Assembly: GCA_051362555.1 (NCBI GenBank) | Contig: CM120640.1 | Location: 13,206,001 to 13,270,000, forward strand | Direction of reading: 5' to 3' | DNA from: Lingula anatina | Taxonomy: Eukaryota; Animalia; Brachiopoda | DNA: 64,000 nt | Part shown: positions 24,700 to 39,200 of the stretch, one piece after another | How the letters are laid out: every line of letters begins with the position of its first letter | Numbering within the stretch: position 1 is the stretch's first letter | The notes under the pieces: model-generated | What the model was told of the DNA's origin: nothing | Seen by the model: the letters and a program-made list of their open reading frames with translations, nothing else | Databases searched by the model: none | Made by a program: the position numbers and the translations under genes

Positions 24700-27225
24700 C
24701 ATCTTGTCTACATGAAATTAAAATCACAAATAACACTGTACTTGCGTTACAAGTCATCATGATGAACCAAAGATAAGACAGCAGGTTAATTTTGAATTGT
24801 TACCAGTGTAGTTCTTTGATGGCATCAGCATTTGATTTGTATTGAAGAATTTAAAGACATGTTTTACAAGGTATTTGGAAGGGTTACATTCTTTCCCTTG
24901 TCTGAACTGCCAGATATATTTCATCTTGTACCTTGTTATGTGCTCAATACATTGCTGATGTTGTACACAGAGATATATCATTAGACCCTGCAAATGACTG
25001 ATTGGGAATCAATAACATTAGCATATTAAATTTAAAAAAATTTAAATGATGCAATTTATGAAAGAAACTTTTAAGTACTCATTAAATTTGATAAATGATT
25101 TATTTTATTATATATCGGTGTTACAGTAATGAAATGGATGACAGCTTTAAAACTTGAGTAAAATGAAACACAAAAATAACATTTGAATCACTTTAGAGAA
25201 TAAGGAAAAAATAAATGAAACTTCTGTTTAAGATGGAAATTATTTTTGATACATATTTCACAATTTACTTATATCTTATGCATGTGTAATAGGAAAGTTT
25301 TTCCTTTTATAAAGCCTGAAAATGTAGTCAAGTGATATGAATAAATGTTCCCAGTTGACCTTTTGCTTTATTCATATTGCTTACTTGTAATATGTTATAA
25401 AATAAGCATCTTCCCTATAATTATTGTGAACAATCACATATCCCATTTTAGTTAAATGGCAACTCCATGGGATTTACCTGCCAAAATGAATTTTCCCAGG
25501 GAAAAAAAGCAATTTTTCTCGTACTCACGAGCTATGTATCTATCCCTCTCTGCACTTGGATTCCACCTTTAATTGTATTTATAAAGGAAGATTTAGTTCA
25601 AAATGCCTGGCCAGTCATTATAACCAGTGACCATCTACTGTACCTCAAGTCCAATGGAAATATCAACATCAGGTACTCTCCTGAAAAAGTTATTTAAAGG
25701 GTAAGGGTGTATGTAAAGCCATATAGGAGCTGTGGATGGCAAAAATAATGGCAAAAATAAGTATTTGATGGATTTTCAAACCCATGGAGTATACCTTTAA
25801 TGTAAAATTATAAGCTGCGTATTGACAGCAATTTACCCATAACATAGCAATATAAAAATTCACAGGAAAAGCAAGCTTGCTTTCTTTAAGGTGAAATCTC
25901 AAAATTGCCACATTTTGACCCTTTGATCACCAAATTAGTATTTTCAAATGTAAACACTTAACCCCTGCAAATATACATTGGAAGCCAAACAACACAGCAG
26001 TATGTAACAGTGCTGCCTACAGAGCCATCTTGAGACTAGAACAAAAAAAATGCCAAAAGACCTAATACTTCTAACTTGGAGGTGGATACTTGTGTAGAAA
26101 TCAAAACAATGATTTCATACTATACCCAATTTGACAGATGAAACTTTAACCTGAATACTCAAGGAAGATGCTAATAATTGCTCTGGAAGAAAATGTGGTG
26201 ATGCTGTACATGTAAGATTTTAAAAAGAATCAAAGTTTTAGTCCTACACTACAGCTTGCCAGTCTATAATTACAACATATAGATATAAACCAATAACAAG
26301 ATAATAAATACAGAATATATTGCAGATGTCAGACAATGATACATACTGATAATAGTGTCACATTCAGACTCTTGATTTAAATTATTTCCTTTATGCTAAA
26401 TATGTTAGATATATTTGGCACCAGCTGTCATGAATATCACATAATAAAATTTGTAAGTTTCTGCAAATATGACAATTCAAATATCCTCCTATTAATGTAT
26501 TATAAAATGGCACAAATTAATTAAATACAAGATAAAATGTATGCATATGTGTGAAATGCTCAAAATGTTTTATACAGTTTGAGTATTGCTTGCATTTACA
26601 AGTCTTGAACACAAAAGTAAAGACTTTGAAGTACACTACTTTAGAAGGCACCTTCTAAAATTGTTGCACATGAAAATTACAAAATTTACTAAATCGACCT
26701 TACAAGATTGTGCGTAGCAATAACTCTGTACAATAACTTTCTCAATTTACATAAAAAGCATTCTTTAAGGTAACAATGATATTTTCTGATAGTACTTTCC
26801 ATACATAAAAAATCAATTTTTTGTGATAAATCAAAAAATAAAAAGGAAATATTCTGCCATACAGATAATTCTATTATACAGCAGAGTTATTCATATTTAC
26901 ACATTTTTTTAAAAATTGCAACACTACAATTCCCTGATCAGTGAATAACCCTTCACAGAACTATAGCATCTGCTCAACTCTTCAGCTACCCAAAAAAAAA
27001 AAAAAAAAAAAAAACCAATTACCTGCTAAAACAAATCTAAAATAGAAGTGAACCAATAACACTTCTGCATTATGATCAAAAACCAAGTTGGATTTTACTA
27101 TCAGAACTTGTTTTGTTAAAAAAAAAAAAAAAAAAATTGAGATTGCGTCACATGTGTGCTAAAAATGGCCTTCAAACTACATTTCAGTTGTATTCTCCTA
27201 GCAGATATGCCAGGTCTTGCATGTG

Positions 27226-30200
27226 CTACCTCTTTTTATTGTATGTGAGCTTCATGTTTCTGAGCAGTGCAGGGCGTGACCTGGACATGGGACGGAATGT
27301 TCCTCCATACGGGACGTCCACTGTCTCCCTTTCATGACCTCTGGTCATCATCAGAGAAATCTTTGTGGGCGCTTGCTGGGCTGAAATATTTACACCTCAG
27401 TGTTTAGTCTATAGCTTAATGTCATAGAAAAAAATTTACAAAAAAGAAATTGCAAAGAGACAAAAAGAAAATGTTACTTACAAATCCAACAACACACGTA
27501 CACATAACAATATGGCTGTGTTAGATGTACCAAAGTTATGTCATCTCTACCACAATACCAATTAATCAATTTATCTACACTAGATATAATAGGTAAAATA
27601 CAAGTAAACTTACAATTCTGAGATTTTGTGGACAGATTCCAAAGTCTTGATCGGCACTTGGTGACCATCTGCAATACAAATACATGTTCACATTCATTTC
27701 CAAAAACTTTTTAACTGAATGACACCTAAAACTTATTTGTACATATACAGTTTGTATATCATATTCAATTATTAATTTTGTATAAATATGGTATTTTATA
27801 CATAAAAAAATTACCTTACATTCAATTTTACATATTATCTAACTTTAAAAAAAAACACATGGTAAAGAGAGAAAATACATGTGGAATGCCCCCAATTCAT
27901 ATGTGCGAGACCAAAATCACATTTCACAATGCTGAAATCAATTACATTAACTTTTGGCATTATTATCTTTCTAACCTGGCTGCTGTCTGTGCTGCTGAAC
28001 CTCCTCCTCTGCTGCCTTTCCTCATTATTACCACTTCCAAACCTTCCATTCAGATCTTCATCAGCTATCACATGGTATTCCTCTATCTCTACACTCCTAC
28101 TCTTATCTCCCATTCCCATGCCATTATTATTATGACTCCGTCCCTGTTGCATACTGTTGTTATTGTTTTCATTTTTTCCTTTTTCTACTGTCCCCACACT
28201 TTCTTCATCTTTGGAAAAGTACTGCCACTGTCTACTGTGTTTGCCTTGGGCTGTATGCACCATGGGCTGGACTGGAACAAACTCCCCCTTAACATACTCT
28301 CCTCCTTTCAGTGTCACTTCCACTGAGTCTTTATTTCTACTGAGTCTGTACTTCATGTCACTGGACACAGAGAACTCTCTTCTTTCTTGTTGAAAGTCTG
28401 ACTCCATTTGCTTTTCATACTTAAAGAAATTGAAACCAATGATTAACAAAATACGTAGCTATGATATTTGGTTCATGCCTATTTTCACAAAATTTTGGAA
28501 TGTATTACATGTGTACCCATATTTAAAAAGAGTGTTTTAGCATCTCAGTCATAAATTGGTTTAAAAAAATAACACAAGTAGTATCTTGTCTTATAACACA
28601 GATGTTGTAATGACAGACTTTAGATAGTGCTAGAGTACTCCAGTCTCCAACTAAAATCAAAACAGTTGCTGTTAATGTTTCACCTACAAGGAATTAAAAA
28701 TTTACAAAATAAGATTGTATATTTAGGACATTAACATGATATTCAGTCTTACCTCAGCTTCTCTCAGTTCTGCAGCTATTGTTTCCAGTTCTTTGTCTGT
28801 CTGATGCACAATGCGCTCTATGTAACGCCTGTAAGGAAGTCAAAACACATTTAAAATTTAATTAAATTATATAATCACTGATAAGAATTAACCAATGCTT
28901 CAAAATTAACCAAAACAAGGACTGTAATTCTGATTTTCTTTTGTTTAATGTAAAAGAGACCTCACATAAACATGCACATACATGCATGCACACACATGTA
29001 ACGACTGAAGCACGTGTATGCTTACCCTGTGGTTGGATTTAAGTTTGCTTTATGAGCAGATGTCAGGAGGGACTGCTTCAGCTCCTGTATAGACTCAATA
29101 GTGGAGGAAATGTCAGAGTTAGCAGACAGGGCCCTGTGCTTATGGTGACCATGTTTGTGAACAGCAGGAACACTGCTAGCTTTTTTCAACATGGCCAATG
29201 TATCCTCTGTCTCAATAACCACTGAAAATAAAAGTTCATATCATATAGAAAAAAATGTTACTTTTAGCTACAAGAAATACAAAAACTTATGAGAATTGTT
29301 TTTCTTTATCAAGAGAGTCTACAACCACTGATCAAATTCTGGCCCAACTTGGATACTCACAGGTGCATCTTTATTTCAGTAATATTAATATGTCCCATAG
29401 TGGCCTATTTCACCTCTATACTTACTTTTGTTAACTCTGCTCTCCCCAGAGAGACTGCCCCTCCTCAAAGCAACAGTGCCATTGTCCGCTGCATTTAAGA
29501 AACCTTGCCTAGGCTTATCTAGAATAGAAACCAAATTTTCAGTAAGCCCCTGTTAACTTAATAGTTTTGCACTTTAGAAAATAAAAATGGGCACCACCAA
29601 AATAATTTTGCAAGGAAACTGTAGATTGCAACTGCAACTCATGGGTTCATTGCAAATGAGTGCTTGTCTTTAAAACCATAATTTATTCTACAGGATATAT
29701 TTAAGCACTGACAATGGCAGTTTATTCTTAGTGGATTCTACCAAGGTGAACATCTTACTTTCAGCCTGCCTCGTGGCTCCCTCTCCATTGATCTGCTCTG
29801 AGCTGGAGGCCTCAGTGAGTCTCCTGTCAGTGGAGGCACTGCTAGACTGAGACTTGGCGTTTCTAGACTGGACAGATGATGCTGATGTAGGCTTGGACAG
29901 ACTTCCTTTAGTGGAGTAACCTGTGAATATACACACTTATTTTAACCACGATGCAATAGTTATAACTGTTACAGCCAATTGTTTTTAAAAGTGATATTCA
30001 TTAAAACCTTCCGTTTGTCATCATGTAAGCATTTGAGGTGATTGATTCAATCAGTTCAAATTGTCATCAAAAACAGAAAAAGGTAGACCCTTTTCAAGGT
30101 ACATATATTAAATTATATTATTGAATTTCAACAATTGCATCATTAATATGAATCATATAAAAAAAAGAGTTGTCATACCTCTCTTGGCTCCGCCATCAGC

Positions 30201-33200
30201 ATTATGATCGATGTTGGGGTCAAAGGGCGGGGGGTGGAATTTGATTGGTCCGTCTGGTGCCGGCTTGTCAGCATCATCTTGAGAGGTTAGGTATGGTGTA
30301 GACCTCTGAAAAGACCGATTGTAGGGTTAAGCATACAAAGTTCTTGAAATTGACATGACATATTAAGTTTATATTGGCCATATGAATTTTTCATTTTTTC
30401 AGAAAACATATCATGAGCTACAGTACTGCTGTTGATATGATGCTGGTCTTCCATGTAACTTACAGTCAAATCACTTACAAAAATTACATCATCACTGAAT
30501 CATAAAAATATCTAAGGTCATTACTGCTTTTCTCCCATGTTCACAGTGCTGCAGATCTTGTTGTCTCTTTTGACCAGCTGCCAGTTCTACAAGGTGTTTA
30601 TGTGAAGGCTTATACTCAGTCAGTCCATTCCCTCCAGTAACATGGCGACCACTGCCACCACCGCTAGCAGCAGCAGGGGCACCTGCTTGAGAAGACGGTT
30701 TGGCACCAGGTGGAGGACTGGGTCCCCACTGATAAAAACTGCTGACACTTTTGGCCCCAGTGGAGTCTCTGCCCCCAGTGCTACCACCGCCACTGTTACG
30801 ACCTCCACGACTTCCACCTCTATCTTCTATGGAGAAACAGGGAAGAAATTCTTATAAAATTTAAATGCTATAATATCAGGCAGACCTTATACTTAAAAAA
30901 AATTAATTTTTTTAAAGTTTGTAGATTATATTGAAATATAAGAGTGGGAAACAAGAAATTACATCATGAGGATTGAAAAAATAAATGTTTACAGAAAATA
31001 AATATTTGGAAAAAATATAAAATGGAAGAGAGAAAAGCTACTTACTAATATAGCAGTTTTAACTGGAAATCTATCATGTGCTTACTATACTACAGTAATC
31101 TGAAGCTGAACTGAGCTGGTCTGCACAATGTATAGCAAAAAAATAATCCGGAAGTTGTTTTTAATCAAAATTGCTTCTTTCAAGCTTAAAATAGTTTTTT
31201 CTTCTCACCTTTCAAATGTGAAATTATTTTTTTAATTTTCATCTTTCCTTTTTTCAGAATTTCATATACTAAATCTTCAACAGAAATATCTAAATTGCAA
31301 ATTTGTGTTCTGGCAGGATAGTAACATGTCAACAAAACACCTGCATGAATTTGGATCTAAAACTGCCAGTCTCATATTTTACATGCTATACAGAAACTGT
31401 AGCTGTATCAGTTTTGAATACCTTTTTTAATATGGTGCACAATCTTTTGTGCAGTGAGATCTCTGTACTTAGGATGCATCAGAACTTGGTGTGCTTCAAG
31501 CCAAGGAATAACATCATGCAAAGCTACAGATCAGGAAAACCCAAAACACAAAGTCAGTGAGAGCAAAACATGCAAGAGAAAGACAGATCAAAAACAAAAT
31601 TAAGTTATTGTGATGTTTTAAAAAGAGTTAGTTGCATGTGAAAACCAAAATAAAAAGCAGAATGTGCAAACACCTGATGATTCACAACAGGGGAGAAAAT
31701 TACTTCTATTTCTGATAGCATTAAATACTCTGTTATAAAATTGCACTACGATCACTTAGGCTTTTTGCAATATAGACTACTAAAATTAACCTAGAATCAG
31801 TTATATAATATGCATACATTTGTAAAAAAAAAAAAAACTGGTTAAACATTTCAATTGAATAAATATAGGCACAAAACTGTGATATAGTTTACAACTGACT
31901 TTTACAATGTAGGGATGGACAGACTGAACTGACACTGTAAGTAGATAGTGGTTAACATGATGTATCACATAGGGGCAACGTGATCATTTCCAAAAAGGTA
32001 TTCCTATTCAATGTAAATAATACTTGTATTCCACATAAGATACTTAGAAACACTTAACTGTTCCTACAGTATGAAGAAGTGCACTTTACAGCTTGAGTAG
32101 TTTGAGATTTGAAAACACTTGTGTTCTAAGACATTGTTATGGGTTCTTTTTATTGTGCATGTGCTACAAATATGTAGCAAAGCAAATTTGGTTATTCTAA
32201 AAAGTAATGTCTCAAATATTTATCTAAACATTCATAACAATAAGAATGTAAAAAAGGCATAAAATGAATAAAAGAAATCCAAATTAAAATAGACCTCTGT
32301 GTAACTACTGCTTGCAAATATTATATACAAATAATTGAAAATAATATATTTTAAAAAACAAATTTGTGTCAATAAAAAGAAGAATGTTTAAGAACAGTAT
32401 TATGGGATATACAATCTGCAAGAAACATTTGAGACAAATTTTCAAAATAAATAAGGGGGAAATTAGTACCAAATACAATATTTATGAAAAGCTCAAGGCT
32501 CTTATGCACGCTGAAAAATCGTGTATCAAAACCTGCAAGAACACTGTTACCATACATTAGTCCTAAAATGTTCTTTATAAAGCATGCACTGACATCTATG
32601 GTCTATAGGTTAAAGCAATACCATATGGTAGCAATGAGCTAAAAGCCAATTCATAACACTGCATAAAAGAACAGGCTTTTCAGATATACTTATCATCCAC
32701 CAATGAAAAACGGATTGATATTTTTACATATTTCAAAATTTTCACTCTGAAAATGATGTCACAGCACCAACACTACACACAACACAATAGCTGGGAGCTG
32801 TAAGTGCACAACATGGAGGCCCACCACAAAGCATATCAACATGCCGTGCAAGCACAATATCACCCACAAAGTACCTTCTCTAACAACAGAATGCAGTTGC
32901 TGGTTGTTCATTAAGTGTGCAGCATATGCTCTCTCATGGTGTTGGCTTAAGTGTTCAGAAGAAGGTGGGACACTGACTGCAGTGCTACTAGTATTACTCT
33001 CCAGGAAAAGGTTACTATAATTATTGTCTCCGCTTGCTGAGTAGCGGAGGTGCGGAGTGACTCCAGCAGCCCCATTGCCTACTGCTGACGGCAAAGAAGT
33101 AGCACTAGCAGTAGGTACTGTGCAAGAAAGAAACAATAAAAACAAATACATTCAACTAATACATAAAAACAAAACAGCTAGTCAAGTCTAGATTCTCTTG

Positions 33201-36200
33201 TTCTAACTACTAGTAAATACAAATTTTCAAAGGACTACTTACGTAGATTTTGAAGTTTTTATAAAAAGAAAGTACCAAACAGAGTTTCTATCTACCATAA
33301 AAAGAGCTTAATGAAAGTCAAAATCTAGACTCTAGCCACATTCACTTTGACCTTAAGTTGGCTGTTCTGAAATCATTCCAGAGACAAAAAGGGCTAAAGA
33401 ACCCAGAATGTTCCCTGGTAACAGACATATAGAGCACAGCAAGAGAACAGAGACACAAGCTAGCTAAAACTGCGACAAGGAAGGCATCTTTACCTTTGAA
33501 AGGTGTGGGATCTTGGGAAACTAGGACTCCACTTCTGAGGTAAGCTTGGGTCAAGGCATCAAGGTACTCAGTCTGAGGATAAAATATTTATCTCAAATGA
33601 AAACAAATAAAAATGTGTAAACAATACTACAAATTGACAGAATTTAAAAATCAGACTTCCATTGAAAACAGAATCTTTTAACTATTCAGAAAACACTTTA
33701 TTTCATACTGTACTGCAAATTGGAATTTCAAAATGGAAATCATTGGTTAATATCTGCAACTATTTTACCAATGCAAAGAATTTTTCCCAGCCCTCTAGTT
33801 AGCATTTTAAAAGCAAAACTCTAAAATTAAGAGATGCTCAGGAAGATTTTGATATTTTCATCTATGAGGCAAATGATCTTCTGTTTCACTAAAATAATAA
33901 CTGTCAGCAACTACTCCTGTTTAGTGACTTTTCTAAAACTAAGAAGCAACCTTTTTTTTAAATCTAAAAAAAAAATCATGATTTTCTAAGACATCTTAAT
34001 TATCATTATAAAATAATGCTTCTAATGTTTTCCTACTGCCAAAGCAGCATAAGGTCATCATACTTGCTACTTTGTTAAGTATAACTATGTCAAATTATCA
34101 CTTTAAGCTGATTCACTATTCCTTTAAGATATTAAAGTACTATCTAACTCATCTGCACTGGTCAATACTTTGACTGTAAAAACACCTTTAGACTTGGAAA
34201 ATATTGTGTTTGAGTGATACAATTTAAGAAGTTTTCATTTCTCTTTTTATATTATATTTCCAAATATTTTTTTTAAGTTTTTCAGTTCCAGTGCAGTAAG
34301 TTATAACATTGCATACATTTTCTGGGTACCTGACAATTTATGTTATAACCTGTATACAAGTACCTACAATGTACATGTTCTAATAATTTATAATAAGCCC
34401 CTCATCCAATGCAACAACAGCAATCACACAGTCTTTGTGAAATGAAGTGTCACAAGACAAATACCTGTAAGCTGAAGCCACACTATCTGATAATTTATAT
34501 GTACTTACAGCAACATTTCATAAATATTAGTGGCGATTCTTGTACATTTAGAGAATGACAAAGCCAGAATCTTTAACAACTCTAACTGCTTTGTTAAATT
34601 GAGTAAAATGATTTCAAAATGAAGTTTTCTGGTGTCAGTTATGTGTAAAAAGCAACAATAAAAGTAAAATTATTTTGTCAAATAAACAAATGCACATCCA
34701 GGTGTTAAAACATCAAACGTGAACAAAGTCAAAAGTTATTCAAAATATCAAAGTAAACATCTTTTCAAACTAGGTTAGAGATTAATACCATACAAATTAA
34801 ATCTACCTCCAACACCATACAAACCTTCTTTGCTAATTCTTTCAACAGCTAGGTAAGAAACAAAATATAGCGGATGCAAGTCAGACATAACAAATACACA
34901 GAAAGCAAATGTTATCCCATTATCTAATTTTTTTTTTCACCAAGAGGAAACCATGCAATTTATCCAAAATCCAAAACTAGCATCTCTTCATGCAGGTCTT
35001 ACAATCCAAATATCTGCTACTGATTTGATTTAATACAAAAGTATGGAATACTTCCAGTTTCAAAATCAGATAAATGATGCAGAAGTTCAAACATTTTGCA
35101 TAACAGCATAAAATTGTACTGACACAGACAAAAACAAGTGTTTTTACTTTATTAAAATCTACGACACAACTTTGGCAATAAGCAAGCTATAAGCTGCTGC
35201 GCTGCGACACTGCAAGGCCATATTGCTATGCTTTCGAACCATGGCTTCCTCTTTTAACTTGAAAATCCAATACACTATATCATGCATACTGTTAAACTGT
35301 CAAAAAAGATACATTTAATATGGTGCTAGTATTACTGAGTGCGAATTCTTTAAGCTATATGCAATTACATAATGTCAATTTTTTTTATTCATGCAGTTAA
35401 TATGTTACAAATAAAATGATATACTTTGACAAAATTATCATGCTTAACAAAAAGACAACTAAAAATTTAGTAAATGTGCTGATGAATGCATAGAACTACA
35501 CCCATTCTGGGTCAGCTCTATTTTCCAAGTGCAATATAAAATGTATTAATAAAATGTTTGGATTATAGTTATTTTGATATAAATTTCAATATTGAGGTCA
35601 CATATTTTCCCATCACCCTCTAAATGCCCATACCTTCTTAGTAGCTCTCTCTTCACACCTTTCCTGTACAAAGATAGGAATACCATTGTTGGTTCTGTCA
35701 TCCCGCGACTTGGTGCGCTGGGGAGGCACTGTGGTGTACTTGAGTGGGGGCTGGATCATGGCAGGCTACAGACAGAATAAAACCCTTAAGAACTGTTTTC
35801 ATTTAATACTGTAAAAAAATTGTTAAAAGCCCCTAAAGGCATTATTAATGATCAGTCTGAATGTCAGATTTTTTTGTCAAAATTTGTTTATCATTAATGG
35901 GATTTTTAAAAACTGAAATCACTACTAAATCTTTGCATCTTAAGCTGAACCACTGGATGTGTAAAAAAAGTTTTTCTTTTAATGGCATAATTCTAATCCT
36001 ATGGTCTGGGATGCTCATCCCTTCTGAGTGCAGCAGACTTTATATCATTTATTTTACCTGTGGTTTCTTCTTCTCTTCCTAAAAATAAACATTTCATAAT
36101 TACATATGAGCAGAGAAGTACATTATTATGTCAGACATGAGCCTTCATAAAATATATGTCAATTAACAAACTAGAAATAAATTGTGGTTTTATGACATTT

Positions 36201-39200
36201 AATAACTATGAAATTATGTGCTTATGTGCAGGTATATAGTATTTAATTCTTAATAAAAAAATAACTTTCAATGTGTTGTTTGAAGTAATGTATATGTATG
36301 TTGTCCCCTGTACCTTCACATAAACCACTTTAGTAACATACAAACATTTAGCATAAAACAATATGCACTAAAAACCCAATTTGTCTAAATATCTAGTTGT
36401 ACACCATATGAACTCCACAATAAGCAGATGTGTTTGCCACTGTAATATACACACTAAGCTTACACTGTCCAAGCTTTTATGGAACAGTGACTGTCCTGGC
36501 TTTTATGATGCATATGTACATGTCATATTTAATGCCATTATGTATTAAAACATAGCATTATGTATTCCTCAGAGCAGTGATCTTAAAGCTGCATGTGCAT
36601 TTCCATTAAAATGTATTATATATTTTTATTTTATTAGATCATTAAAAAAACTATTCTACATCTTGACCCACTTGGCAGTTAATAAAACTGAAAAAAGCTA
36701 AGCCACTGTAAGTAATGAGCATGCAATGGTACATATCAAAAGTTGTGTTTCTCATTGTCTGAAATGAAATAAAATGACCCCAATTAAGTCAACAGCCAGT
36801 TTGATATACTGTCCAGTGCAAAAAAATAGCTTTAGCAAATTATCAAAAACAAAGCGGTGGTTTGTATTTTGGCTGCTTCAAACCGTTCTGGTACCTTTGG
36901 CAGCACACTTTCCCTGGGTTTGACTTTAATACCAGTACTATTACTAGTATTAGCACTAGTGGCCTCAGATATAGATGGCACTGGCTGAAATTGGGAAGCA
37001 TGCATATATAGCAAACTAATGATGCTGAGAGGGTACACCATGTGGAAGACCCAATTACTGCGTTAAATCATTGAGAATGCAATCAAAGAAAAGTTATTTA
37101 CTATGATAAGTTAATAATGCAACATAGAAATATGTCACCTCTTATCCATCTCGGATCAGGAAACAGACTTGTCAAACTTATCTCCTTGTTATTCAATGGG
37201 CCACATTTCCTTGCTAGATTGGTGCTATTCTTAAGTTGAAATCTAACTTTAAGAGTAATGAATATTGATTATCTTAAAAGATAACAAATAGCTGCTTCCC
37301 TTACTTACCACTGATATTGGTGTGGCCTGTATTTTTGTTTTAGTGGCAATACACTGGTGTTTGTCTCTCTCCTTCTTAGTTTTTAGTTTTTTCTTTTTCT
37401 TTGGAAGCTGTGTTGGGAAATTACACATTGGTCATTGAAATATAAAAACTGTTTAGATTGATAAGAACTAATGACAAAAAGTCTGCATATGAAAACTTTA
37501 ACAATGCTTAATTGATACAGAACAATATCATCATTGTGAGCAAATGCCAAGAACTCACAGAAATTCAAGAGTGTCAATTTTCTTTCTTTTTATTTCAGTC
37601 TACTGAACAAAATCATGTCGTCACTCACCCTGTCAGCCAGGTACTGGAGATGTACAGGAAGCCCATCTGACACAGAGCTGTCTGAGCCACCATCACTGAA
37701 ATAACACATACAAAGTTGTACTGGTCTACAGGAGTGAGCCTGTCACATCATCTATCACACTTGCCAAATTTAAGTGCTACACTTAGTCAATTGTTCTTAT
37801 TTTCTTAATGGATTTCGATTTACAGGGACACCCATGTTCCATTAAAATAACGAATGCATCGATCATATGCCACAAATTAATCTAGACAAGTACGGATTCA
37901 GTACCTGGACTCCATTTCACTGGTGAAGTCATCCTCCAGGTTGATGACTTCTGCACCGCCATCTTTCTGCAACTTTTTCATAACCTCCTGCTTCAGACGG
38001 TCCTCCAGTTCAAGGAGAATGTTGTCACACTGAAACGATTCAATAAGATATGTATATTATTTTTTTGAAAGTATTACCTTATAGCAGAATTTTAGACATG
38101 AAAGACAGTAGCAACACTTTTATGGAGACAGCAAAATATATCTTAGGCTCTTGTAACCATGTAATACAAGTAAAGATATCCAAACGCATCACAGTGACAT
38201 ACCCTTGCATTATACTTACCCAATTTTCACCATTAAGGATACTGCTACTTTCATATATTTGTAATTACATCAATGATGAATCATACTTTCATATTTTGGT
38301 TATTCTATTCACATTTAAGTTTTTTAAAAAATTGATGAATTAATTTGCATTTTTAAAATCACATCGTGCTTTTCAAGTCATTAGTCAAATAATCATATAT
38401 TTAGAAACTTCAAATATGAAGAGTTGCAAAGAGACCAAAATTAATATAACCTCATCTTACTAAGAAAGGAGTATCAAATGGGTATCATAGAAATTCTAAG
38501 GAAACTAAAAAAAATTAAAAGTTTTTTCCTATGAAGATAAAGATAGATGTATCTGAAATCATTTCACATCTACATTATGTCACACATAAAAATAAATATT
38601 TTCAAATGGATTCCTAATTAAGAATCATGCATTGTTAGTGCTGGTAAGGTAGGGGTATTACAATGTGGCCATACATGCACATGCACTATCTACAAATCAA
38701 TAAATTCAGGCAATGCATTTTTGATAAGTACTGTCCAGATACTAAATATGCTAACATGCAAGTAAAACTAAATTAGCACAACAAAAATTGCTGAACACAT
38801 CTTAAATAAAAGCATGTACAAATTATTCAAAATAAAAATAACCAGTTTTATTTCTTATTTTTCTTATTTTCCTAAAAACAATACTTGCACTTGGTAACTG
38901 GCAGGGGTGCCAAAGTTCACATTATTCATTTAAGTACAGATCTGCACACAATATTGTTCATGTCCTTAACCCCAAAACTTACCGAAATTCTACTTATAGC
39001 AATCCCCTCCCTGACTTTATCAAGCCTATCCTCATAAACTGAGACATGTTTCAAAAGATTGTCTAAATCCTATTGATAAAAAGACCCAAAAATATATTCA
39101 AGAATGGTTGTAATAAAAAAGAACCAAACAAATTGTAAATTCAGTGTGCACCAAACCAAATAAAGAGGGAAAGTTTTACCATGATGTTGTATTGGAAGCA

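Noticed and set aside
27778-28393. Plus-strand ORFs of 182, 84 and 78 aa
   Set aside because: Antisense shadows of a purine-rich AGBL2 exon.
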